Both the position numbers and the translations under genes were made by a program. DNA of 64,000 nt, from NCBI GenBank assembly GCA_964486045.1, contig CAZALK010000014.1:64001-128000 (forward strand), in the 5' to 3' direction. This document shows positions 42,247-51,587 of the stretch, piece after piece. The first letter of the stretch is position 1, and the number at the start of each line of letters is the position of its first letter. Source of the stretch: an uncultured archaeon. GTDB lineage: Archaea > Asgardarchaeota > Lokiarchaeia > Sigyniarchaeales > SOKP01. Below the pieces are notes generated by a model. It saw nothing but the letters and a program-made list of their open reading frames with translations, ran no database searches and was not told the DNA's origin.

Positions 42247-43266
42247 ATGGATAAAGAAGGATTATTTACTACCGTCGTCGGCAGCTGGCCTTTAAGTAAT
42301 AAACCCGATAATATGGTTAAAGCTTTTAGTGATCAAATTGAAGCTGGTATTGATTTTCCATCATATCCTCAATTAGTTTCTATGATTAGTCAATTTTTAT
42401 CTCCTTTAGCCAAAAGTGTTGATCAATTAGAAGAAGAAAATGAGAAGTTTTACTTAACTAATGATTTTAAAATTCCCAAAAATCCAATAGCCTTAGAATA
42501 CGGAGAATTTATTAACGAATTTTTTAGTGAGCGACGATCTCTTTTAGAAAAGATTAAAGGAACAAAAGCCTGCCTTACGGGACCATTGACATTAGCTGCT
42601 GAAATTATACTGAAAGGAGAAATCGCTCAAGGGGTAAAGCCGAAAGTTTTTTCAGAACCTAGGGCAATTATGGTTGATTGGATTGTAGAAAAAATCGCAG
42701 AAGTCATGAAACAAGTGGGAAAAGCATATAATGATATGGGAATTGATATTATTTCCATGGATGAACCTCTTCTAGGAGTGTTAGTAGGACGGAAACCCCT
42801 ATTTCACTCCGAAGATTTTTTAGTAGAAATTTTAAACAAATCAATTTCACAAATAAAAAAAATTTCATCGATTCATGTATGTGGGAGAATAAGTCCAAAA
42901 TTACGAGATTTACTCCTTCAGACAGATGTAAAAATACTAGATCATGAATTTACGACAAATGAGAAAAACTTTGAGATTTTTCAGAAAGAACATTTCGAAA
43001 ACACAGATAAGTTCTTAGCTCTAGGCACTGTAAAATCAATGTTTGGCCCCGAAAAAAGCAATAACATTAATGATTATGTTGAAAAAATAGATTTCCTCGA
43101 AAATTATCTTAATAAAGCGATTAACCAATATGGAAAAGAAAATTTAATAATAAAACCTGATTGTGGTTTTTTACCATTAAAAGATACTTTTGGAGAAAAA
43201 GAAGGCTATGAAATATCAATATGTAAAGTAAAAAATATGGTACAAGCCTTAAAGAATATAAAATAA
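42247..43266 (+). CDS. Cobalamin-independent methionine synthase, catalytic-core type
   Basis: TTVVGSWP, TGPLTLA, MDEP, IHVCG, PDCGF. Confidence 0.85.
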   Translation: MDKEGLFTTVVGSWPLSNKPDNMVKAFSDQIEAGIDFPSYPQLVSMISQFLSPLAKSVDQLEEENEKFYLTNDFKIPKNPIALEYGEFINEFFSERRSLLEKIKGTKACLTGPLTLAAEIILKGEIAQGVKPKVFSEPRAIMVDWIVEKIAEVMKQVGKAYNDMGIDIISMDEPLLGVLVGRKPLFHSEDFLVEILNKSISQIKKISSIHVCGRISPKLRDLLLQTDVKILDHEFTTNEKNFEIFQKEHFENTDKFLALGTVKSMFGPEKSNNINDYVEKIDFLENYLNKAINQYGKENLIIKPDCGFLPLKDTFGEKEGYEISICKVKNMVQALKNIK

Positions 43267-43307
43267 CGATTATTCCTAAAAATTTAAAAATTCTTTAAAA
43301 AAATAAT

Positions 43308-43958
43308 TTATGTTTCAAGTTCTTTACGTAATTTCTCGATTTCGTCTTGGAGTTTCTCTTTTGATTTAAGTTCTGTATCCTCTTCTAGAGTATCATATTC
43401 TGGTATGTACTGAAGGTCATCAGAGGGTGTATCAGGCATAGTTCCTCCTTGATCAAGCAACATTTCAGTCTCAAGTTGATCCAATTCTTCCGATACGTCA
43501 ATAGCAAGATCAATTTCAGGATCTCCGGCTAATATATCTGCGGCTTCTTCAATTTCAGCAACATATGCTTCAGAATCCTCTGCAATTTCAGCAACCTTAG
43601 CAGGTGAAGCTTTAGTGGCAATGAATTCTAATTCATCCCGTATACCACTGAATAAATTGCCTGTTTGTGAAATTAATTGACCTTCTTCAATTGCTTGGAT
43701 CTGGCGTTCTATTTTAGCCCTAATATTATTTGTTCTATCAACTTTAGCATTATATGATTTGTATTGAATAAGAAAATTCTTAGCGCGAGCTTTTTCACCG
43801 CGTTTTAAAGCAATTTTAGCATTTTTTCGGCTTATTTCAGCACGCTTGTTAAAGTTTCTATTAATTACATTCATTCTATGGATATGACTCTTGGCTTTAG
43901 AGACGAGGTCGTCTTTTTCCTTCCCTTTACGAGGAAATAATTTTTTCTTTAGACCCAA
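43308..43958 (-). CDS. ESCRT-III Snf7-family protein
   Basis: Basic N-terminal hairpin (AKIALKRGEKARAKNFL), acidic C-half, EELDQLE, MPDTP, terminal amphipathic helix. Probable start TTG 43958 (MGLKKKLF) after GTTGA. Confidence 0.88.
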   Translation of the reverse strand: MGLKKKLFPRKGKEKDDLVSKAKSHIHRMNVINRNFNKRAEISRKNAKIALKRGEKARAKNFLIQYKSYNAKVDRTNNIRAKIERQIQAIEEGQLISQTGNLFSGIRDELEFIATKASPAKVAEIAEDSEAYVAEIEEAADILAGDPEIDLAIDVSEELDQLETEMLLDQGGTMPDTPSDDLQYIPEYDTLEEDTELKSKEKLQDEIEKLRKELET

Positions 43959-44100
43959 GGTTATCAACTGTTATTTTTTTTTCTATTTTATGAATTATAT
44001 GAATTTACTAACTTAAAAATTTAATAATAAACCAATACATTATATTAAAAGAATTTCGATAAAAAAACTTTCATAGTCCAAAGTCTGAGAATTTGATGTC

Positions 44101-45216
44101 ATGAAAACAATAATCTTAAATTTTGAAAACAAACCTGGGAATTTCAAAGAATTAGTCCAAGAAGCATTTAACAAGGATATCCTAAATTTTTTAGTTTCCA
44201 AAGAAACTTATTCTGAGTTAGAAAAAATAGAGCGTGTAAATCTTTATACAAAAGATATGAGTATACCCACCAATTTTTTCATAGCTGAAAGTGAAGAGGA
44301 GATTAAGGAGTTACTATCTGACAAGCAATTTTCAGAAAGGGGTATTGGATTTTATAAAGAATTAAAATCAAAAGATGATGAGTTAACGATTTTAGATATT
44401 GCTAAAGAAAAGCAAGTTGATTTCGTAATTGTTTCTGCTAGTGATTGGAAAATAATCCCTTTTGAAAATCTTATCGCAGAGATGCATAAAAACGATACTG
44501 ATTTAATTGCTGCAGTAACTGACACTCAGGAAGCGGAATTGATGTTAAAAACAATGGAAATTGGTGTGGATGGGATTCTTATTTTACCAAAAACTGCTAA
44601 CGACATTATTGAGTTAAAAAATCTAATGCATCCTACTTTCAAGCTTGAACTACAAACGGCAAAAATCGTTAATATTGAGATTATACCTGAAGCTGAAAGA
44701 GTTTGTGTAGACACTACATCTTTATTAAATATAGGAGAAGGACTCCTAGTTGGATCTACAGCAGCAGGATTCTGTTTGATACATTCTGAAACGTTTGAGA
44801 CGGAGTTTGTAGCATCTAGGCCATTTAGAGTTAATGCGGGAGATGTATCGGCATACGTATTAGTTCCTGATGAGGATCCTGAAAACTTATACCGTACTAA
44901 ATATTTGAGTGAATTGAAAGGTGGAGACAAGGCTTTAGCAGTTACGAATATGGGTGAAGCAAGAATTGTTTCAATAGGGAGGGTTAAAATTGAAACCCGA
45001 CCAATGCTGAGATTTGAACTGGAAGTCACTATGGCTGATAAAATAATTCCAATTAGCTGTATATGTCAAAACGCTGAGACAATTCGATTAGTTGGAGAAG
45101 ATGGTAAAGCTAAATCTGTTGTTGATATAAAACGTGGAGATAATGTTTTAGTCCATATCGGCCCTGGAGCTACTCATTTTGGAACAGCTATAAAAGAAAC
45201 TATTATTGAAAAGTAA
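44101..45216 (+). CDS. 3-dehydroquinate synthase II
   Basis: DWKIIPFENLIA, RVCVDT, GEGLLVGS, RPFRVNAG, GRVKIETRP, QNAETIRL, HFG. Confidence 0.95.
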   Translation: MKTIILNFENKPGNFKELVQEAFNKDILNFLVSKETYSELEKIERVNLYTKDMSIPTNFFIAESEEEIKELLSDKQFSERGIGFYKELKSKDDELTILDIAKEKQVDFVIVSASDWKIIPFENLIAEMHKNDTDLIAAVTDTQEAELMLKTMEIGVDGILILPKTANDIIELKNLMHPTFKLELQTAKIVNIEIIPEAERVCVDTTSLLNIGEGLLVGSTAAGFCLIHSETFETEFVASRPFRVNAGDVSAYVLVPDEDPENLYRTKYLSELKGGDKALAVTNMGEARIVSIGRVKIETRPMLRFELEVTMADKIIPISCICQNAETIRLVGEDGKAKSVVDIKRGDNVLVHIGPGATHFGTAIKETIIEK

Positions 45217-45240
45217 AACAAGGAAGAATATTTATCATAT

Positions 45241-46359
45241 TTAGACATTCGAGTTTTTAAATAAGGGAATAATCTCTTCACTGATAATTCTCGAAGCATC
45301 CCAATAAGTAAAAGGTGCATTCTTACTCGAAGCTCCATTATTTGAAGAAAATATGAAATGATCAGCCCCGGCTTCAATATAGCTGCGAATTTTTTTAATG
45401 ATTTCTTCCTTCGATCCAATCATTGCGCTTTCACGAATTAAATCATCCGGAATTTCGTTCAAAATTGGTGCTAACTTACTATAATCAAACTTTGCAACAT
45501 CTTCTCTATCGATCTTTAAAACATTCAATTCTTCACTTTTGAATCCTGTAACCTGTAAATAGAGATCTTCGTATTCATCTTTCCAAAATCCTAATTCTTT
45601 AATCCTTTGTGGATTATTCAATAACCCATATTTACTTCCTTGTATTCTCTGGTTGATTATATTTTCATCATCATTCACATAAGTAAATTGGAATATACCG
45701 AATGAAAATTTCTCCAAATCTCTTCCATTTTCTTTCATAGCTTGAGTTATTATCTCTTTTTTATTTTTATAAGTAACAGGATCAATCCCAACAGGCATCC
45801 AACCATCCGCAATTTCTCCGGTCAGCTTCAAAGTTTTGGGACTATTAGATCCTATCCAAATAGGAATTTCTGATACAGGTGTGGGAAGCAATCTAGCCTT
45901 TTCAGCATTATAGTGTTGTCCACCGAACGAAATATTTCTACCCTCTTTCCACGACAATTTCATAAATTTGATAGATTCTCTCATTTTAGAAAGAGCATGA
46001 GCACGTGGTATACCATAAGCCTTTAAATTCATTGCTTCACCCGCTCCAATCCCTAATATAAAATTTCCTTCAGTAAGATGGTTTACTGATGTACATAGTT
46101 GTGCCAATACTGCTGGATGGATTCGGTGTGGATCTGTAACTGCTGTTCCGAAGGATTTTCCTTTAACTAATTCTGCCATTGAACCAAATAATACCCAAAC
46201 ACTCAAAAAATCATCAATTAAAGCTCCACTCATACCAGTAAGATGATCAGGAAGCCAAAGTGAATCCCAATTCTCTTTACTTGCTGCTATGACTTTTTTT
46301 CGGAAAAAATCATAAGAATGTGTGTAATACAATTGATGTCCAAATTTTATATCTTTCAT
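45241..46359 (-). CDS. LLM-class (probably F420-dependent) oxidoreductase
   Basis: WLPDHL, TAVTDPHRIHPAVLAQ, ILGIGAGEAMN, IADGWMP. Confidence 0.88.
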   Translation of the reverse strand: MKDIKFGHQLYYTHSYDFFRKKVIAASKENWDSLWLPDHLTGMSGALIDDFLSVWVLFGSMAELVKGKSFGTAVTDPHRIHPAVLAQLCTSVNHLTEGNFILGIGAGEAMNLKAYGIPRAHALSKMRESIKFMKLSWKEGRNISFGGQHYNAEKARLLPTPVSEIPIWIGSNSPKTLKLTGEIADGWMPVGIDPVTYKNKKEIITQAMKENGRDLEKFSFGIFQFTYVNDDENIINQRIQGSKYGLLNNPQRIKELGFWKDEYEDLYLQVTGFKSEELNVLKIDREDVAKFDYSKLAPILNEIPDDLIRESAMIGSKEEIIKKIRSYIEAGADHFIFSSNNGASSKNAPFTYWDASRIISEEIIPLFKNSNV

Positions 46360-46494
46360 ATACTATCACTTTACAGTCTTACAGAAAAATTTTATTAAAA
46401 CAATCCTATGTTTAATTTAATTTAACATTAATGATAATTAAAACATTAAATATCTTAATTATTTATAATGATATAAACGACCTAACCAAGTAAA

Positions 46495-47769
46495 ATGGAT
46501 ACAAAAGTAAGTACTTATTATGTATGTTTTTGTCTACACATGTACCAACCTCCTACCCAAGATCTAAATATATTAAAAAAGATCGATAAAGAGTGTTATA
46601 AACCTTTATTTAATGTACTTGATTACCATGATAATGCCAAATTATGTCTAAATATCACTGGAGGTTTAATTGATTTACTTCATGAATTCAATCTATCTGA
46701 TACAATTGATTCTTTGAAAAATCTTGTTTCTGAAGGAAAGATCGAGATAGTTGGGACTGGAAAATTTCATCCAATTCTCCCCTTAATTCCGGAGACAGAG
46801 GTTCATCATCAGATCCAATTGAATGAAGAAACAAATAAAAAGGAGTTTGGTAAGCTTTGGAAAAGAAAAGGCTTTTTCCCTCCAGAGATGGCGATATCTG
46901 GGAGTGTAGCAAAGCATATTCGTGAATTAGGTTATAAATGGGTAATTATGAGTGGTATCGCTTGTCCAGTAGCATGGCCTTACGATAAAATTTATTGTTC
47001 TCCAAATGGGCTTCAACTCTTCTTTAGAGATGATATTATTAGTAACAAAATCTCTTTTAAAAATATTTCACCACAGAAATTCCTTAGCGAAACCAAGATA
47101 ATGCATAAGAATGAGAAAAATAACGACCATACCTATATCGTAATAGCTCAAGATGTAGAAACTTTCGGACACCATATCCCTCGTTATGAGAAAGATTTTT
47201 TAGGGAGAATGTTAGAATTAATAAATGATGATAACGAGATGGAGATGATTTTTATTTCTGACTTAGATCAACACTTTCCGATAAGTAAAGATAAAATTAT
47301 ACCAAGAGAATCGAGTTGGAGCACGACATATAAAGATATTGACGAAAATGTCCCATATCCGTTGTGGAAACATCCTGATAACAGCATTCATAAATATTAT
47401 TGGAAGATAATGAAGAGTTTAATCAATATGATGGATTTAATAGATGAATTAGCTCTAAATAAGGTTTGGGATGTGCAAAATTACTACAAAACCGCTCGAT
47501 GGTTTTATAACAAGGGGTTACATTCATGTCCTACGTGGTGGGCAAATCCACTAAGAGGAACTTGGAGTCCCAACTTAATATACAAAGGTGTCGAGTTGTT
47601 AATACGAGCTGCACTAAATGCCCAAATGGCACTAGTTCATGCTAATAAATCAGAGTTAGGCGAAGGTTATTTTGATAGTATTTCCTATTACCATGGGTTA
47701 TTGCTAATGGAATTATCCAACACATCCATAAAGAATTTAAGTAGAACTAAAACAATTAATAATTCTTGA
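46495..47769 (+). CDS. Glycoside hydrolase family 57
   Basis: HMYQPP, HPILPL, GFFPPEMA (nucleophile), QDVETFGHH (acid/base), SSWS. Confidence 0.92.
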   Translation: MDTKVSTYYVCFCLHMYQPPTQDLNILKKIDKECYKPLFNVLDYHDNAKLCLNITGGLIDLLHEFNLSDTIDSLKNLVSEGKIEIVGTGKFHPILPLIPETEVHHQIQLNEETNKKEFGKLWKRKGFFPPEMAISGSVAKHIRELGYKWVIMSGIACPVAWPYDKIYCSPNGLQLFFRDDIISNKISFKNISPQKFLSETKIMHKNEKNNDHTYIVIAQDVETFGHHIPRYEKDFLGRMLELINDDNEMEMIFISDLDQHFPISKDKIIPRESSWSTTYKDIDENVPYPLWKHPDNSIHKYYWKIMKSLINMMDLIDELALNKVWDVQNYYKTARWFYNKGLHSCPTWWANPLRGTWSPNLIYKGVELLIRAALNAQMALVHANKSELGEGYFDSISYYHGLLLMELSNTSIKNLSRTKTINNS

Positions 47770-47772
47770 GCT

Positions 47773-48162
47773 TTATTTATTTCCCAGATTTAGTTCATTA
47801 AAGATTTTAATCCATTTATTTAAATCTTTGACAAACCAAGCAGCAGAATCTTTGTCTCCTTTCTCATTCGTAAAAACTATTTTTAGTAAAGATCTTAGAG
47901 CCGATCTATGCATATGTGATTTGGGATTTGTAATCTGAGATATTGACTTAACTGGGATACTAAACTATTTTTTTGGGTTTTCCACATACCAAAAATTAAT
48001 TGTTCTTCTATGAGTATTAAAACACCAATTTCCACGAACTTTCCATATTCCCTTCGATTCAAGTCCAAAAAAGTTAGCCATATCATCAAAAATCAGAACT
48101 TTCTCATTTTTAAATTTTTCATGAATTTCATTTATTCTTCCTTTGAATATTCTCTTTAGCAT
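47773..48162 (-). pseudogene. Disrupted small GRAM/PH-like hypothetical protein
   Basis: ANFFGLESKGIWKVRGN / GVLILIEEQLIFGMWK / PKK*FSIPVKSISQITNPKSH...DSAAWFVKDLNKW needs two compensating frameshifts and passes a TAG at 47965. Confidence 0.7.
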
Positions 48163-48410
48163 TTATTATTCTCCTCGTAAATAGTAATTAATAAACTTTA
48201 AGTAGGTTATCTATGCTAAACAATAGTCGAAGTAGATTTCTTTTTATCTTCCTCCCATTAGTTATGAAGATCCAGGCCTAGTGAGGTATTCAATAATGAT
48301 GAAAATATAATCATAAATTATTTAATTCCTAGTTTATATACTAAACCAAGTAAAATTTCAAAAACCTCTTCCCTCAAGGATAATATCAATTTTAAAATAA
48401 CTGGTGGAAA

Positions 48411-49484
48411 ATGTCCAAAAACAATGGAAAAAAAATAAAATACTGTGTTTATTGCGGAGTTGATGTTGGTAATGAGATATATTGCCCGAATTGCGGAAAG
48501 TTAGTTATAAAGCTTAATGGGAGTAAAAATTCAAATAGCAGTCGCATCATTTATAAACCTGATTCGATTCAAAAGGCGGATATTTCGCGCAAATGCCCAG
48601 GGTGTGGTTCTATTGTCACTTCAACTATTTTAGATCAATGTCCAATATGTGATGCTGCGTTAGAAAAAATTTCAGAAGCAAGAAAAGAATTAATCCAAAG
48701 GAAGCCCGGATTAATATTTACCAATAAAAAACTTGAACCTGAGCAAAAATTTATTCTGAAAAAGGATCAGTGGAAATTAAAAGAAGGTATCAATGTTTTT
48801 GCCACATGTATGTATGTTTACATTATAGTTTTCTTTTTAATATACTTCTTATTGATATCTCAAGGGGGAACTGGAACAATTGAACCAACGATCCAAGTTT
48901 TTTTAATAAGTCAAATTCCTGAAGTATTATTTGGGATTTATCCTTTATATTATATTTATTCTAAAGGGCATAGCTCCAAAAAGTTAGGATTTTTAAGAGA
49001 TTCAAAAAAGATCGTAACAAGCATTATTGTGGGCGTCATTGGAGCAATAAGTTTATTATTGTTTGATTTTCTTTATAGTGGTTTATTTAATGCTTTAGGA
49101 GAAATTGGTTTAGACTTATCTAATGTTATGGCAGAATCTGCCTTGCAAAACCAGATAATAAAAGATGCAGATTTTATTTGGATATTCTTGTTAATAATTT
49201 TAATACTTGTTGGAGCATTTTCAATAGAATTAGTGTTTAGGGGTGTGTTACACAATACATTAAAGCAGAAGTTTAAAAATCCAATTTATGTGATAGTAAT
49301 TGTCGCTTTATCGTATGCAATTTTAATGTTAATACTTTACCCTAGCCCAATTTATTTCTTTTTAAACTTATTTGGCTTTATCATTATAGGAATTGTTTTT
49401 GAATTAACAAATGGGAATATTTATAGTACAATTATAACAAATATTATATACAACATTGTTATTGTCGCTCTAATCTTTCTTTAA
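48411..49484 (+). CDS. Double zinc-ribbon protein fused to a degenerate CPBP/Abi membrane domain
   Basis: CVYC/CPNC/CPGC/CPIC, then about 7 TMs with IELVFRG; catalytic His motifs absent. Confidence 0.75.
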   Translation: MSKNNGKKIKYCVYCGVDVGNEIYCPNCGKLVIKLNGSKNSNSSRIIYKPDSIQKADISRKCPGCGSIVTSTILDQCPICDAALEKISEARKELIQRKPGLIFTNKKLEPEQKFILKKDQWKLKEGINVFATCMYVYIIVFFLIYFLLISQGGTGTIEPTIQVFLISQIPEVLFGIYPLYYIYSKGHSSKKLGFLRDSKKIVTSIIVGVIGAISLLLFDFLYSGLFNALGEIGLDLSNVMAESALQNQIIKDADFIWIFLLIILILVGAFSIELVFRGVLHNTLKQKFKNPIYVIVIVALSYAILMLILYPSPIYFFLNLFGFIIIGIVFELTNGNIYSTIITNIIYNIVIVALIFL

Positions 49485-49611
49485 GATTAACCTTACATTA
49501 CCCCCTCAATATAAACTTTTAATAATTAGAAAAATCAATAATCTCTCTAGACTTATTAAATACTATCTTTATAATTACACGACAAATTATCATTAGTTAG
49601 GAGTAAAAAGA

Positions 49612-50319
49612 TTGAGTAAAACTTTTTATAGAAATAAAGGGTCTAAGGATAATATTGTCTTATCTCTTGCTGGTGCTCATGGTGTAGGAAAAACATCTGT
49701 TTTCAATCTTTTTAAAAAAATCGTTAAAGATAATAATAAATTTAAATTTTTTCCGGAAAGGTATGTAAAGAAACCCCCTTTTCCTTTTGGTTCTTCGGAT
49801 AAACAGATCGGTTTCAGAAGTGAACTACATTTCCTTCAGCAGCTCATAAGAAGAAATCAAAATATTCTTAATTTTGATAATAAATATAACGGAAGAATAT
49901 TAATTTTGGATAGAACTCCCTTATGTGTACTTGTGTACTCGAAGGGATTAAACCTTCAAGAAAAAGATTTTAAACTAATTTTGGATACCTACAAATCCAT
50001 CAAATGGAAAGAGGACTATATTATATATTTAATTGCTAAACCCGAAACGATTTTAAAAAGAATTGTTCAGAGAGGTTCAATAGATATAATCCGAAAAGAG
50101 TGGAATGAAGAGGATAAAATTTATCTATTAAAAATTCTCTCGCTTTATAATCAGTTCTTATCTGCTAGAAAAAACATTTTTAAAATTGATACAGAAACGT
50201 TAACTCAGGATGAAGTAGTTGAGAAAATTAAGACGATTATAATCAATGTATCTGATTATTCTTTTGAAAAGATGAAGGAACCATCTACAACTCAAATGAA
50301 CCTATCTGAGTTCCTTTAG
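49612..50319 (+). CDS. Deoxynucleoside/thymidylate kinase-like P-loop protein
   Basis: GAHGVGKTS, LDRTP, KRIVQRG. Confidence 0.75.
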   Translation: MSKTFYRNKGSKDNIVLSLAGAHGVGKTSVFNLFKKIVKDNNKFKFFPERYVKKPPFPFGSSDKQIGFRSELHFLQQLIRRNQNILNFDNKYNGRILILDRTPLCVLVYSKGLNLQEKDFKLILDTYKSIKWKEDYIIYLIAKPETILKRIVQRGSIDIIRKEWNEEDKIYLLKILSLYNQFLSARKNIFKIDTETLTQDEVVEKIKTIIINVSDYSFEKMKEPSTTQMNLSEFL

Positions 50320-50411
50320 CAAAATATGGAAAAATTATATTAGAAGAGTCTTTCTATTTATACTTAAATATCTATATAAATATTCTATTCGATCTTTAAA
50401 AGGGGTTAAAA

Positions 50412-51413
50412 ATGTCAACTATTGATCCAGATATCCGAGAAAAGATGATGCACGTCCTAAAAGATGAAGAGAATAAAACTGATTTAAAGAATTTAGCAGT
50501 TTTGTCTCGGGTGGGGATGAAAGTAGCAAGTGCAGAATCCTCAGAATTAGATGCAGATGCTACATCAGCTTCAAGCACAGCATTAATAGATTTAGGCTTA
50601 AGATTAAACCAAGCAACGGGTAATGGAGCTCTTACTGAAATTCTTTTGCATAATTCCTCTGGATATAGCATTTTAATGGCAATTAATGATGAATATATTG
50701 TATTCGGGGGATTAAGTGCAGTTTATCGAATTGGATATTATTTGGGCTATTTACGAGAATTAGTGAAAAAATTAAATAGATTAATTTCCGGTGATAAAGA
50801 AACTGAAATGGTTCTCTCATTGCAAACTTCAGAGTTACAGAAAATTGAGGAGGAAGAAGCTTCAATGATAAAAAAACCATCAGTTGAGCAGGATAAAGCA
50901 GCACTAGATGATCTTTTAGGTTTTTTAGATGATTGGGAAAAAGATGATGAAGAAATTGAGGAATTTGAATCTCTAAATGAGACAAATATTGTTTCGATCC
51001 CTAAATCCATTGGAATGGAGCTTGAAAATGGAGTAAAAGAAGCGCAAGCAAGCGAAATATCACACTCATTGGTTGAGAAAAGTTCTAGTTTTGAAACTCA
51101 ACCTGGAGTTGAAGTATACGATGATGAGGTTCCTCCAATCCCTCTTGATGAATACTCTCCAATGGAAATTGAAGAGGAATCCGTTTCTGAAGATACGACT
51201 CCTATAGAGAAATTAATACCTTCTGAAAAAGCCCCACAAAAAGAAGAGCTACCTCCTTTAAGTGATTTACCATCTTTAGAGGAGCTAGCACCTCCAGATT
51301 TCGATAACGAGTCTTCTGCCTCAGAATATGATACGGAATTTGTATTAGAAGAAGAATCTGAAGCTTTAGGTTCTGTACTTAAAGAACTTGGCTGGTCTGA
51401 AGATGAAGATTGA
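50412..51413 (+). CDS. Roadblock/LC7 domain protein with long acidic disordered tail
   Basis: AVLSRVGMKVAS, ASSTALIDLGLRL, GALTEILL...GYSILMAI; about 200-aa D/E/P-rich tail. Confidence 0.85.
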   Translation: MSTIDPDIREKMMHVLKDEENKTDLKNLAVLSRVGMKVASAESSELDADATSASSTALIDLGLRLNQATGNGALTEILLHNSSGYSILMAINDEYIVFGGLSAVYRIGYYLGYLRELVKKLNRLISGDKETEMVLSLQTSELQKIEEEEASMIKKPSVEQDKAALDDLLGFLDDWEKDDEEIEEFESLNETNIVSIPKSIGMELENGVKEAQASEISHSLVEKSSSFETQPGVEVYDDEVPPIPLDEYSPMEIEEESVSEDTTPIEKLIPSEKAPQKEELPPLSDLPSLEELAPPDFDNESSASEYDTEFVLEEESEALGSVLKELGWSEDED

Positions 51414-51587
51414 TCTTTGTTGAAAAATCTTTTGTATTTCTATAACATACTCAAAATGATTTTGTTTTCTCTGATAAACGCTTTTTATCCTTGATAAACT
51501 TTTTTATAAAGTAGGTTCTAATCTTTATTTAATAAAATTTACTTTGATAAAATTAAAATATCTACAGAATTCTGATTAGGAATTGTT

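Noticed and set aside
20912-47967. Genome-wide TAG recoding (pyrrolysine or reassignment) suggested by four in-frame TAGs (rhaA, glgA/MFS remnant, secernin junction, GRAM-like gene)
   Set aside because: The implied residues are inconsistent, many intact genes end normally in TAG, and no pyl genes or methylamine methyltransferases are in the window.
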